DNA from: Candidatus Levyibacteriota bacterium
GTDB lineage: Bacteria > Patescibacteriota > Microgenomatia > Levybacterales > UBA12049
Length of the DNA: 64,000 nt
Assembly (NCBI GenBank): GCA_038205015.1
Contig: JBBRCK010000002.1
Coordinates: 33,913 to 97,912 of the forward strand
Direction of reading: 5' to 3'
The notes under the pieces are model-generated. The model was not told where the DNA came from and searched no databases. It was given only the letters and a program-made list of their open reading frames with translations. Of the stretch, positions 52,539 through 62,105 are shown one piece after another. Made by a program: the position numbers and the translations under genes. Position 1 is the first letter of the stretch. Every line of letters starts with the position of its first letter.

Positions 52539-53165
52539 ATGTCAGGAGTATTATACAGAAAAGAAAGAGAAGTCTTAGAATTTTTAGCACAGTTTCAAAA
52601 ACAATACGGTTATTCTCCAACTTTGACTGAAATTGCACAGGGGACAAATCATAAGAGTAATTCAACAGTTCATACTTTAATTAAATCTCTGGTTGAAAAA
52701 GGATATGTACAAAAAGTTGACGGCAATACCAGAGTACTAAAAATTGTTGATGAAAAAGTATCATTATCGCTTATGGGCAGTAAGCCGGCGATAGAATTAC
52801 CACTTTTAGGTTTTATCGCAGCAGGAAGTCCCCTAGAGCCTCACACAGACCCTAATGCGTCATTCTTTGTATCCGCATCGCTTTTGTCCGGCAAAAACAC
52901 AGCTTATGTTTTACAAGTTAAAGGCAGGTCGATGATAGATGATGGAATATTGGACGGTGATTATGTAGTAATTGAAAAAATGAGTGATGCCAGTAATGGA
53001 GATATTGTTGTAGCAATGGTGGATGATAACCTCGCAACTTTAAAGAAATTTTTTAGAGAAGATGGTAGGGTGGTCTTAAAACCAGCAAATTCGGAAATGT
53101 CGCCAATTTACCCGACAAAATTAACAATTCAAGGAAAAGTTGTAGGATTGGTAAGAAAATTCTAG
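52539..53165 (+). CDS. lexA: SOS repressor LexA
   Basis: GYSPT..EIA wHTH, IAAGSP cleavage site, GRSM Ser, TLKK Lys. Confidence 0.93.
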   Translation: MSGVLYRKEREVLEFLAQFQKQYGYSPTLTEIAQGTNHKSNSTVHTLIKSLVEKGYVQKVDGNTRVLKIVDEKVSLSLMGSKPAIELPLLGFIAAGSPLEPHTDPNASFFVSASLLSGKNTAYVLQVKGRSMIDDGILDGDYVVIEKMSDASNGDIVVAMVDDNLATLKKFFREDGRVVLKPANSEMSPIYPTKLTIQGKVVGLVRKF

Positions 53166-53169
53166 TAGA

Positions 53170-53796
53170 TTATTTTCTTTTGAATTTGACAAGTTTTAAT
53201 TTGTAATTAATATAAAATAAAACTCCAAGAATAAGTAAAACAACAATTACGACTTCAAATTGCCTAAAGTATCCTCCGATATTCTTCCACTGACTACCCA
53301 AATAAAATCCAAAATATGTTACTAGACTTACATAAACAGTAGATGCTAATAAATTTGCTATTACAAACTTAACAAATTTAACTTCGGATATTCCAGCGGC
53401 TACGGACATAAACGATTTAACGCCCGGTAAGATTTTTCCTACAAAAACAATTGGACTTCCATATTTACTTATCCATCCTGTTGCTTTGTGATAATCATGT
53501 TCTGTAATTAAAATAAATTTTCCATATTTCCTTATTAAAGAAAGCAGTAAATTTTCTTCTAAAAAATATCCAATTGAGTAACCGATTATCGAACCGATTA
53601 AATCACCTAAAATTGCCGTTAAGATTACGAGAATTAGAGATAAACTGCCAATATTCGCTAAAAATCCGGCAAATGGAAGAGTAACTTCAGAAGGAATTGG
53701 TATTGCAGAGGCGTTTAGTATCATCAGAATTAATATTCCTAAATAGCCTGTGGACTGAATTAGATGTATAATTAAGCCTGATAATGTTTCTAACAT
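53170..53796 (-). CDS. dedA: DedA family membrane protein
   Basis: PIPSEV.LPFAG, G...GS...Y.IG, KYG, LPGV...S..AG. Confidence 0.85.
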   Translation of the reverse strand: MLETLSGLIIHLIQSTGYLGILILMILNASAIPIPSEVTLPFAGFLANIGSLSLILVILTAILGDLIGSIIGYSIGYFLEENLLLSLIRKYGKFILITEHDYHKATGWISKYGSPIVFVGKILPGVKSFMSVAAGISEVKFVKFVIANLLASTVYVSLVTYFGFYLGSQWKNIGGYFRQFEVVIVVLLILGVLFYINYKLKLVKFKRK

Positions 53797-53801
53797 AATC
53801 T

Positions 53802-54500
53802 ATGGGTAATTTATATATTGTATCAACACCAATTGGGAATTTACAAGACATAACGCTAAGAGCACTAAAGACCTTAGAAGAAGTAGATGTAATTGCTTGC
53901 GAAGATACCAGAGTTACTAAAATTTTAATCCATGAACATTTTAAGGACATAAAAGTTAAAATGTATGAAAAACTATTTTCCTTTTATGAAGAAAATGAGT
54001 TTGAAAGAATGCCCCAAATTATTAATCTTCTTATAAATGATAAAAATGTCGCATTAGTATCTGATGCAGGAACGCCAACAATTTCAGATCCAGGTTTCAA
54101 ATTAGTCAGAGAATGTCTTGAAAAAAATATAAAAGTTATTTCAATTCCCGGTGCCAATGCTATAACTTCTGCATTATCTATTTCTGGTTTACCTACAGAT
54201 AAATTTACATTTGTTGGTTTTCTTCCAAAGAAATCAGGGCACAGAAAAACACTTTTAGAAAATGTTCAGAAATCACAGGGAATACTCAGCTCAACCGTAA
54301 TAATTTATGAATCTCCTTATAAAATAGTAAAAACTCTAGAAGAACTCAAAAGTGTTTTTGGAAATATTAACGTAACGCTTGCTAGGGAACTGACAAAAAT
54401 TCATGAGGAAGTAAGGTCCGAAAAGATAGACACGTTATTAAATTTTTATACAAAAACAAAACCAAGAGGGGAATATGTAGTTCTTTTTAATTTAAAGTGA
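53802..54500 (+). CDS. rsmI: 16S rRNA C1402 2'-O-methyltransferase
   Basis: TPIGNL.DIT.RA, CEDTR, SDAGTP.ISDPG, YESP, RELTKIHEE. Confidence 0.95.
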   Translation: MGNLYIVSTPIGNLQDITLRALKTLEEVDVIACEDTRVTKILIHEHFKDIKVKMYEKLFSFYEENEFERMPQIINLLINDKNVALVSDAGTPTISDPGFKLVRECLEKNIKVISIPGANAITSALSISGLPTDKFTFVGFLPKKSGHRKTLLENVQKSQGILSSTVIIYESPYKIVKTLEELKSVFGNINVTLARELTKIHEEVRSEKIDTLLNFYTKTKPRGEYVVLFNLK

Positions 54501-55754
54501 TTTAATCTGACCTTGAATTTGTAAAAGACGATTATATTTTGCTACTCTTTCTCCTCTTGCCGGAGCTCCAAATTTTACGTAATCTGCATTTACCGCTACT
54601 GCTAGGTCAGCTATGAAATCATCATTGGTTTCGCCTGAACGATGCGAAACCGTTATTTTAAGACCCGCTTGTTTTGCCATTTCAGCAACCGCTAACGCTT
54701 CGATAACAGTTCCAATCTGATTTGGTTTAATAATTATTCCGGTAATTGTCTTTTTTTCTAGCGCAGTTTGAAGTCTGTAAGGATTTGTAACCGTGAGGTC
54801 ATCTCCGACTATTAAAGTTTGTTGTGATAGAGAAGTATAGAGTTGATTCCAGCCTTCCCAATCATCTTCCGAGAGTCCATCTTCTAAGTAAAGTAGGTGG
54901 TAATCTTTGTTAAGCGAAATGTAAAAATCAACCATATCCTTTGAAGTCATGGCAATTGTTTTATCTTTAATATGGTATTTTTGTTCTGAATATAAATTGT
55001 TTGCTGCAGCATCCATCCCCAGAAAAACATCAAATCCAAGCCTAATATTAGCAGAATCGATCGATTGCTTTAGTATGAGCAAGGCATCTTGGTTAGTTGC
55101 CAGCTTTGGAGAAAATCCGCCTTCGTCACCTAAAAGAATTGATAAATTGTTCGTTTGAAGTTGATTTTTAAGTGAAAAGTAAACATTTGTGCCTATTTCC
55201 AAACATTCATCGAAACTTTTAGAGCTGGCAGGAATAACTAAAAACTCTTGAAAATCGATTGTTCCTCCTTCAGCATGTTTTCCTCCGTTTATTAAATTAA
55301 ATGCAGGAATTGGAATTTTTATCGGAGTATTATCCTTTTTAACAAACTCTCGAAGGTATAAAAAGAGCGGAAGCACAGCACTTTTTGCAGATGCTTTGGC
55401 AACAGCCATAGAGACAGAGAGAATTGCGTTGGCTCCAAGCCTTGATTTGTTGTTTGTACCATCTAATTCAATCATTTTTTTGTCGACATCTGGATGATGC
55501 GCTGCTTCCATACCAATCAAACTAGGAGCAATAACATTTTCAATATTAATTATTGCATTTTGTACGCCTAGACCTTGAGATTTTTTTTCATTTTTGTCAC
55601 GTATTTCAACAGCCTCATATTTTCCAGTAGAAGTGCCGGTTGGTGCTGACGCAATTCCGGTTGATCCGTCTGATAAAATAACAGCCGTTTCGATTGTGGG
55701 ATGCCCCTTAGAATTTAAGATTTCTCTTGCCGAGATTTTTTTGATTTTAGCCAT
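54492..55754 (-). CDS. eno: Enolase
   Basis: LGANAIL, GGKH, QEF, GDEGG, GDDL, KPNQIG, SHRSGET, ERVAKYN. Confidence 0.95.
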   Translation of the reverse strand: MAKIKKISAREILNSKGHPTIETAVILSDGSTGIASAPTGTSTGKYEAVEIRDKNEKKSQGLGVQNAIINIENVIAPSLIGMEAAHHPDVDKKMIELDGTNNKSRLGANAILSVSMAVAKASAKSAVLPLFLYLREFVKKDNTPIKIPIPAFNLINGGKHAEGGTIDFQEFLVIPASSKSFDECLEIGTNVYFSLKNQLQTNNLSILLGDEGGFSPKLATNQDALLILKQSIDSANIRLGFDVFLGMDAAANNLYSEQKYHIKDKTIAMTSKDMVDFYISLNKDYHLLYLEDGLSEDDWEGWNQLYTSLSQQTLIVGDDLTVTNPYRLQTALEKKTITGIIIKPNQIGTVIEALAVAEMAKQAGLKITVSHRSGETNDDFIADLAVAVNADYVKFGAPARGERVAKYNRLLQIQGQIKSL

Positions 55755-55756
55755 GA

Positions 55757-58018
55757 CTATTTGTTTATAAATTCTCTTTCGGATTTAGAAAGAAGTACTC
55801 TAGTATTTTCAATTGCATCGGGTGAAACAGAAACACTGGTTACACCCCAATTAACAAGTTTTTTAACAAGCTCAGGATAAGTAGAAACAGCCTGTCCACA
55901 CATTGACGAGGTAATCCCGTGTTTATGGGCGGTTTTTATTACATGTTCAAATGCCCAAAGTGTTGATTCATCCATTTCGTTAAATTCGCTTGCGACCTCA
56001 TAATTATCTCTGTCAGTTCCCATAACGAGCATTGTTAAGTCGTTTGAACCAATTGATATTCCATCAATTCCAACCTGGATGAATTTTTCTAAAAGTATTA
56101 CGTTAGAAGGAATCTCTACCATCATCCACAATTTAAACGTCGAAGATCGTTGAAGACCCGATTTATTAATCAAAACTTTAACTTTCTCAAGCTCTGAAAC
56201 AGTTCTAACAAATGGAATCATTAGCCATAGATTTTTCAAATTCATTTTTTCTCTGATTTTTATAATTGCGCGAAGTTCCAAATCAAAAACTTTTGGGTCG
56301 TTAATATAGCGAAATGCTCCTCTAAATCCCAACATTGGATTTGACTCCTCAGGCTCGTAGTCTTTTCCACCTATAAGGTTTCTATATTCGTTAGTTTTAA
56401 AATCCGATGCCCGGTAAACAACCGGTCTTGGATAAAACGCTTTACAGAATTTAGCGATATCGTCGGCGAGTTTATCTACAAATTCATTTGATCGTCCATC
56501 TTTAATCATTTTTTTGGGATGAATACCAATATCTGCCATGATAAATTCCGCTCGCAAGAGCCCAACACCATCTGCATCTTTTTGAGAAATATCATCAGCC
56601 AGTTGGGGTTCGGCTAAATTTACATAAAGTTTAGTAGCTGTTTTGACTCGCTGCGAGGGAGTTTTTTGCATAACTTGCTTAATTGCAAAACCGCCTTTAT
56701 AAACTTCTCCTTTAGTTCCATTAACCGTAATAATATTTCCGGTTTTAAGCACTTTTGTGGCTGTTTGAGTACCAACAACCGCTGGAATTCCCAATTCTCT
56801 TGAAACAATTGCAGCATGTGAAGTTCTCCCGCCACTATCCGTAACTACTGCAATCGCTTTTTTCATAGCAGGAACATAATCCGGATTTGTTTGCGGGGCC
56901 ACCAGAATATCTCCTGAGTTAACTTTACCGATCTCTTTTGCTGATAAAATTAATTTAATTGGTCCAACGGCGATTCCCGGACTCGCCGGATCTCCTTTTA
57001 CTATGATATCTGACTGAATCGGTATTTGAGTTAAAACGTTAATTGTTTTATTTTGCGTGGTGGTTACAGCTCTGGTTTGTACAATAAATACCTGGTTTTT
57101 TTCAATTGCCCATTCAATGTCTTGGGGGAAATAATAATGTTTTTCAAGCTGCAAGCCTAACTTGGCAAGTTCAATAATTTGCTTATCAGAAATTTTTTGT
57201 TTTCCGGCTTTTGATTTTTCAACTTTAACTTCCTTATTATCAACACCGGCTTTAATCATCATTTTTTTCTGAATAGACATTTTTTTGTTTAATATAGATA
57301 AGTCACTTTTTAAAACTTCGTAGTGGTCGGGATTTTCTGCCCCTTGAACAATTAATTCTCCTAATCCAAAAATTGATTCAATCGTTACTTTTGATTTATC
57401 GTTTGTAACCGGATCAAGCGTAAACATTATTCCTGAAGCATCGGATTCAACCATTTTTTGCACGACTAGGGCAATGCCGACTTTAATATGATCAAATTTT
57501 TGATTGTGTCTATAAAAAATTGCCCTGGCATTAAAAAGAGAAGCCCAACCTTCTTTAATCTTCTCAATTAATACAGCATCTCCTTTAACATTTAAAAATG
57601 TTTCTTGTTGTCCGGCAAAAGACGCTCCGGCTAAATCCTCTGCTGTTGCGGATGATCTTACAGCCACAAGGGTATCCGAAAACTTTCCTCCTAATAAATT
57701 ATAGTTTTTTAAAACATTTTTAGTTAATTCTTGAGATAAAATACCTTCTATGATAAATTTTTTAATATGTGAGGATACCTGATCGAGAGACTTATTGTTA
57801 TTAAAATTCGTAGTGGAGATTAGATGTTTGATTTTTATATCCAGTCGGTTCTCTTTTATAAAGTCATAGTATGCTTGTGAGGTAATTACAAAACCCGGGG
57901 GAACAGGAAATTTTGACTTAGTCATTTCTCCTAAGTTAGCGCCTTTTCCTCCAACCAAAGCGACATCTTCCTTGCCAACTTCGGAAAACCAAACTACATA
58001 TGGGGCAGATCTAGACAT
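55757..58018 (-). CDS. ppsA: Phosphoenolpyruvate synthase
   Basis: GGKGANLGE, VAVRSSATAED, SFAGQQ, TSHAAIVSRE, NPMLGFRG. Confidence 0.95.
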   Translation of the reverse strand: MSRSAPYVVWFSEVGKEDVALVGGKGANLGEMTKSKFPVPPGFVITSQAYYDFIKENRLDIKIKHLISTTNFNNNKSLDQVSSHIKKFIIEGILSQELTKNVLKNYNLLGGKFSDTLVAVRSSATAEDLAGASFAGQQETFLNVKGDAVLIEKIKEGWASLFNARAIFYRHNQKFDHIKVGIALVVQKMVESDASGIMFTLDPVTNDKSKVTIESIFGLGELIVQGAENPDHYEVLKSDLSILNKKMSIQKKMMIKAGVDNKEVKVEKSKAGKQKISDKQIIELAKLGLQLEKHYYFPQDIEWAIEKNQVFIVQTRAVTTTQNKTINVLTQIPIQSDIIVKGDPASPGIAVGPIKLILSAKEIGKVNSGDILVAPQTNPDYVPAMKKAIAVVTDSGGRTSHAAIVSRELGIPAVVGTQTATKVLKTGNIITVNGTKGEVYKGGFAIKQVMQKTPSQRVKTATKLYVNLAEPQLADDISQKDADGVGLLRAEFIMADIGIHPKKMIKDGRSNEFVDKLADDIAKFCKAFYPRPVVYRASDFKTNEYRNLIGGKDYEPEESNPMLGFRGAFRYINDPKVFDLELRAIIKIREKMNLKNLWLMIPFVRTVSELEKVKVLINKSGLQRSSTFKLWMMVEIPSNVILLEKFIQVGIDGISIGSNDLTMLVMGTDRDNYEVASEFNEMDESTLWAFEHVIKTAHKHGITSSMCGQAVSTYPELVKKLVNWGVTSVSVSPDAIENTRVLLSKSEREFINK

Positions 58019-58026
58019 ATATTCTT

Positions 58027-58055
58027 ATTATGAGATTTATTTATAAAATTTTCAA
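58027..58055 (-). promoter_or_regulatory. Sigma70 promoter of ppsA
   Basis: TTGAAA-17 nt-CATAAT, 8 nt before ATG. Confidence 0.55.
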
Positions 58056-58062
58056 GGAGAAG

Positions 58063-59079
58063 TTATGAAGCAAGTATTTTTTTCAATTTTTCAACCATTT
58101 CAACCGGGGTTGGATCTTGACCGTACTCTAAAGCTAAATAATATGATGCCCAATCAGCGTAAGTGATACTTAAAAACATTTTTGAAAAAACATCTTCTCC
58201 CTGCATTTCAACTATCTCTGACTCAATTTCTTTTTCCTTTAATAAGCTTGCTGTTGCTTCATATCTTTTAATATTTTTAGGATTATCATCTAAGTCCTTT
58301 AACATAATAATAAAAAACTTTGACTGAGGATTTGTAAAACCAACCATTTCATTGTGATTAAGTTCCGGGAAAAAATTCCAAAATGCCGGAGTTTTTGCAT
58401 TTTCATTAATTTTAATTTTCCATATCATAGCAACTGACATATACTTAGAAGAAGCATAAATAATTGGTGTTTTGCCTTTTAGTTTTTGAGCCAATTTTTT
58501 CCCTTTTTGTTCATACGTTTCCATTTTTTCATTAAATTTTTCTGACATTTTAAGTAAATCTTGAGTTTTATCGTCAGCCATTCCTTGATTTACAAGAATT
58601 TGATACATTGCGCCAAAAAAATAACCCGTTCCCATTCTAGGTTGATAGTTTGGATACGGAATAGGAAGCTTTACGTGTGGCATTCCATATTCTTTACATT
58701 TTTCTTCAAGTTTTCCACCACTGGAAAAACCGACAAATTTAAGTCCGTTTGCTCTTAATTCTTCAAGTGAAGCAAGAGTTTCTTCGGTATTTCCAGAATA
58801 GGAAGCAATAAAATTGAGGTTATTTTTACCTAAAGCGTTTTGGGAAAGTGAATAAAATCTATTTATTTCAACAGGAAAAAGAAGGTTCTGATTATCACAA
58901 TAGGCTTTTAAAAGATTTGTAGGAAGTGCAGAGCCACCCATTCCAGAAACTGTTAGAGATTTAAATTCTCCATCAAGCTTAATACTTTTTGCAAGTTCCA
59001 TTCCAATTTTAAATTGATTCGGAGTATCTAAAATAAATTGTCTAAAATTAGAAATATCTAATGGATTTAAATTATTCAT
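58063..59079 (-). CDS. Bifunctional phosphoglucose/phosphomannose isomerase
   Basis: GMGGSA, SYSGNTEET, QPR, INENAK, PELNHNE, DPTPV. Confidence 0.9.
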   Translation of the reverse strand: MNNLNPLDISNFRQFILDTPNQFKIGMELAKSIKLDGEFKSLTVSGMGGSALPTNLLKAYCDNQNLLFPVEINRFYSLSQNALGKNNLNFIASYSGNTEETLASLEELRANGLKFVGFSSGGKLEEKCKEYGMPHVKLPIPYPNYQPRMGTGYFFGAMYQILVNQGMADDKTQDLLKMSEKFNEKMETYEQKGKKLAQKLKGKTPIIYASSKYMSVAMIWKIKINENAKTPAFWNFFPELNHNEMVGFTNPQSKFFIIMLKDLDDNPKNIKRYEATASLLKEKEIESEIVEMQGEDVFSKMFLSITYADWASYYLALEYGQDPTPVEMVEKLKKILAS

Positions 59080-60440
59080 TAAGAATTTTCTTTAATAAAA
59101 TCAACCAGCTCTTTTGTTTTTTGATCTTGTAATTCTTTTGATTTTGCTTCCAAATTTAGCCTTAAAAGTGGCTCTGTATTGGATTTTCTTAAATTAAATC
59201 TCCAATTTTCGTACTCAACAGACAGTCCGTCGATATATTCAATTTTTCCATCAAAATATTTCTTCTCCGCAATTTTTATGATTTCATCTTTTTTTTCTGT
59301 CTCAAAGTTTATCTCTCCGGGACTAAAGTATTTAGAAGTGTAGGGAAGAGCTAATTTAGAAAGAGTAGTATTATATTTTGAAATCATTTCCCAGATTAAA
59401 AATAATGGAATTACTCCATTATCTCTAAAATAATTTTCTCTAAAATAAAAATGTGAGGACATTTCTCCTGCAAATACTGCATTTTCCTGTTTCATTTTAG
59501 CAGCAATGACCGTCATTCCCGGTTTTGAAATTATTACTTTTCCGCCCGAATTAACAATTTCTTCTGACGTTGCCCAGACAAGTCTTGGATCAATTAAGAC
59601 TTTTCCACCCGGATTTTTAGAAAGTATTTCTTTGGCTAAAATTGCCGTAACAAAATAGCCTTCAATAAATTCTCCGTTTTCATCGGCAAAAAAACATCTA
59701 TCACCATCGGCATCCCACGATACTCCTAAATCCGCTTTCTCTTTTTTTATAAGTGCAAGAGTTTCGGTCCGATTATCAGGTAGCAAAGGATTTGGCGGTC
59801 CTTTTGGAAATGTTCCATCTGGTTTTTCATTTAATGGAAATATTGTAAGTGGAAGATTATACATTTCAACCGCTTTTTTAAGAATTAAATAGTCAACTCC
59901 GAAATTTGCATTAGCGACAATTCTTAAAGGCTTTAATACGTCTTTGTTAATAAAACCAATTGAATTTTTAATAAAGTCTTCTCTGATATCAAGCTTCTCA
60001 ACTGTTCCTTTTATGTCTGCATTTGGTACTTGATAAGAATTGTCTAAAAGCATATCCTTCATCTGAGAAAGTCCAGATTCACCCGAAATTGGCTCAGCGT
60101 TTCTCTTGCAGAAGTTCATTCCGTTATATTCCCTAGGGTTATGTGAAGCTGAAACAGTTATTCCACCGTCAACATCGCTACTTCCAACTGCAAAATAGTA
60201 CTCATCAGTAGAAACTACTCCAATATCAAAAACGCTCACTCCAGCATCTACAAAAGCCTTAAGAATAGCATTAAATAAGCTTTCTCCGGATTCTCTTACA
60301 TCTCGTCCTAATACTACTTTCTTGGGATTGAATAACTTTATGTAGGCCTGAGTAATTTTGCCTGCAACATCTTCATTGAAGTCAGTTGGATAAACACCTC
60401 GTACGTCGTAGGACTTAAAGATACTAGTGTTAACATTCAT
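59079..60440 (-). CDS. manB: Phosphomannomutase/phosphoglucomutase
   Basis: FKSYDVRG, SASHNP, DADGDR, GEMSSH, RKSNTEP. Confidence 0.9.
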   Translation of the reverse strand: MNVNTSIFKSYDVRGVYPTDFNEDVAGKITQAYIKLFNPKKVVLGRDVRESGESLFNAILKAFVDAGVSVFDIGVVSTDEYYFAVGSSDVDGGITVSASHNPREYNGMNFCKRNAEPISGESGLSQMKDMLLDNSYQVPNADIKGTVEKLDIREDFIKNSIGFINKDVLKPLRIVANANFGVDYLILKKAVEMYNLPLTIFPLNEKPDGTFPKGPPNPLLPDNRTETLALIKKEKADLGVSWDADGDRCFFADENGEFIEGYFVTAILAKEILSKNPGGKVLIDPRLVWATSEEIVNSGGKVIISKPGMTVIAAKMKQENAVFAGEMSSHFYFRENYFRDNGVIPLFLIWEMISKYNTTLSKLALPYTSKYFSPGEINFETEKKDEIIKIAEKKYFDGKIEYIDGLSVEYENWRFNLRKSNTEPLLRLNLEAKSKELQDQKTKELVDFIKENS

Positions 60441-60449
60441 TAGTCTATA

Positions 60450-61139
60450 TTATAAATCGGCTAAGAAAAAGTCAATGGATTTATTTAGTCCGAATGAAAC
60501 TTTTCCTGTTTTGTGATTCTGTTCAATATCAAAAAGTTTTTTGTATAACTTTCTTAATTTTTCTTCTCCAAACAAGTTGGCTTGACTCTTTAGTTTTGAT
60601 AGTTGCCAAGTTGCTAATCTTTTTGCTTCATCAATATCTGATGAGTTAGTTACTGTCGACATAAGAAGTCTGAATTGCCTAACTAGCATAAACCAAATTA
60701 GCTCTTCTTCTAAATTTACTCTTAACCTATTAAATAAAGATAAAGAGTTTTTATAACTATTCGGCTTTAAGCTATCTAAAAATACAAAAAGTAAAGAGGG
60801 GATTGAATAATTACTTATTTGGGAATTCTTTATCAATCCAATTTGTGTTTTTGATAATTCTGAACCTTCCCAAAAAACTAAGTTTAAATTTTTTTTGGAA
60901 TTGATGTAATCAATTATTTTTTTAAATTCTAAAGTATTAGATTTATTTCCTGCGAATAAGTTTTCGATAAAAATAGTTTTTTCTCTTTCAAAAAAAGAAT
61001 CACCCTCAATATTTTGGAAAAATAAATCAAAACTTAATTTTTCACCATTTAGTAAAACAAAAGATTCTGTTTTACTTTTAAGTTCAAAAAAACTTTCTCT
61101 GGTTTTTTGAATATCATTTCCGTGAATTATCGTAATCAT
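60450..61139 (-). CDS. holA: DNA polymerase III delta subunit-like (short)
   Basis: IIHG.D N-terminus, SFF, L.RQFRLL, L.DIE...KTG C-terminal pattern. Confidence 0.65.
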   Translation of the reverse strand: MITIIHGNDIQKTRESFFELKSKTESFVLLNGEKLSFDLFFQNIEGDSFFEREKTIFIENLFAGNKSNTLEFKKIIDYINSKKNLNLVFWEGSELSKTQIGLIKNSQISNYSIPSLLFVFLDSLKPNSYKNSLSLFNRLRVNLEEELIWFMLVRQFRLLMSTVTNSSDIDEAKRLATWQLSKLKSQANLFGEEKLRKLYKKLFDIEQNHKTGKVSFGLNKSIDFFLADL

Positions 61140-61555
61140 CTTAATTTTTTAAATTGATCAAACAATTTATCTGCGGTTTTATGCAAATTTCTGGATTTCG
61201 TGTGATGGGGAACCAAAGCACCGGAAAAATTATTTGGAATATGCAAAAGTTCATGAATCAGAACTCGATACTGATTATCTTCATCTAATTTATCATAGTA
61301 TTTTGATAAGACCTCTACAACGTAGTGTGGCTCAAGTTTTAAAACCCTTTGAAAAATTTTTGGCATAGACCATATTCTGGCATAAGCCCTGGATTTAGAG
61401 CCTTGCGTCCGATATCCATGTACATTGCTTAATGGAATATGCGATAAGTCTAAAACAGAAAGTATTTTTTTAATTTTTAAGTCAACGTCTTCGGCATCTT
61501 CCCACTCAAGTTTTTTACTTTTCGCACTAGAATGTTTTGTTATAAACTTTATCAT
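61136..61555 (-). CDS. Small zincin-like metallopeptidase
   Basis: HELLH (HExxH); GSKSRAYARIW, YVVEV, FSGAL.PH motifs. Confidence 0.75.
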   Translation of the reverse strand: MIKFITKHSSAKSKKLEWEDAEDVDLKIKKILSVLDLSHIPLSNVHGYRTQGSKSRAYARIWSMPKIFQRVLKLEPHYVVEVLSKYYDKLDEDNQYRVLIHELLHIPNNFSGALVPHHTKSRNLHKTADKLFDQFKKLR

Positions 61556-62073
61556 GTGTGTTTGTCTGCAACATACGAAGCCGCATAAGCGTATGGTTTT
61601 GTTTTGGCAACAAATCCGTTACCGGTTACCATGCCCACAACTTCTTTAATCATATTCCTGGTGTCACCGTGCTCTCCAACGTCAACGTGAATCTCCAAGT
61701 TGTAATTAGGAGATTTACCATTTAATTGTTTTTTAAAAAGTGGAACAAAAATAGTAGCAAAGCTTAATGATGTGATAGTTTCGGAATATATTTTTTCTCT
61801 TAGAGAATGAATATTTTTAACATATTGTCTTCGCCAAAAATATTGACCCCCATAACCTTTTCTGTGAATTAATATTGCAGTTACTAAGTTGATAGTACTT
61901 CCAACTTTTTTATCATCTGATCTTTTTTCATGAGAATCAGTCCCGATAACCAAACTGTATTCTGCATCCGAATCCTCTTCCAAAAATAATTTAATTTTTT
62001 CAATTGTTTCAGTAATCGAAAGCATTCCATAAGTGTGACTTTGGAATATTTCGTCTGATAAATCACTGTTCAT
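61552..62073 (-). CDS. YkuK-family RNase H-like protein
   Basis: IGTDS, LREKIYSE, EIHVDVG, KPYAYAAS.VADKHT. Confidence 0.8.
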   Translation of the reverse strand: MNSDLSDEIFQSHTYGMLSITETIEKIKLFLEEDSDAEYSLVIGTDSHEKRSDDKKVGSTINLVTAILIHRKGYGGQYFWRRQYVKNIHSLREKIYSETITSLSFATIFVPLFKKQLNGKSPNYNLEIHVDVGEHGDTRNMIKEVVGMVTGNGFVAKTKPYAYAASYVADKHT

Positions 62074-62105
62074 AAGCCTTGAGGCAATGCTAAATTATAC
62101 CATAA

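Noticed and set aside
54492-55754. Degenerate enolase (ILNSKGHPT, PTGTSTG variants)
   Set aside because: Catalytic and metal-binding residues (His, Glu, Asp, Lys, HRS) are all retained.
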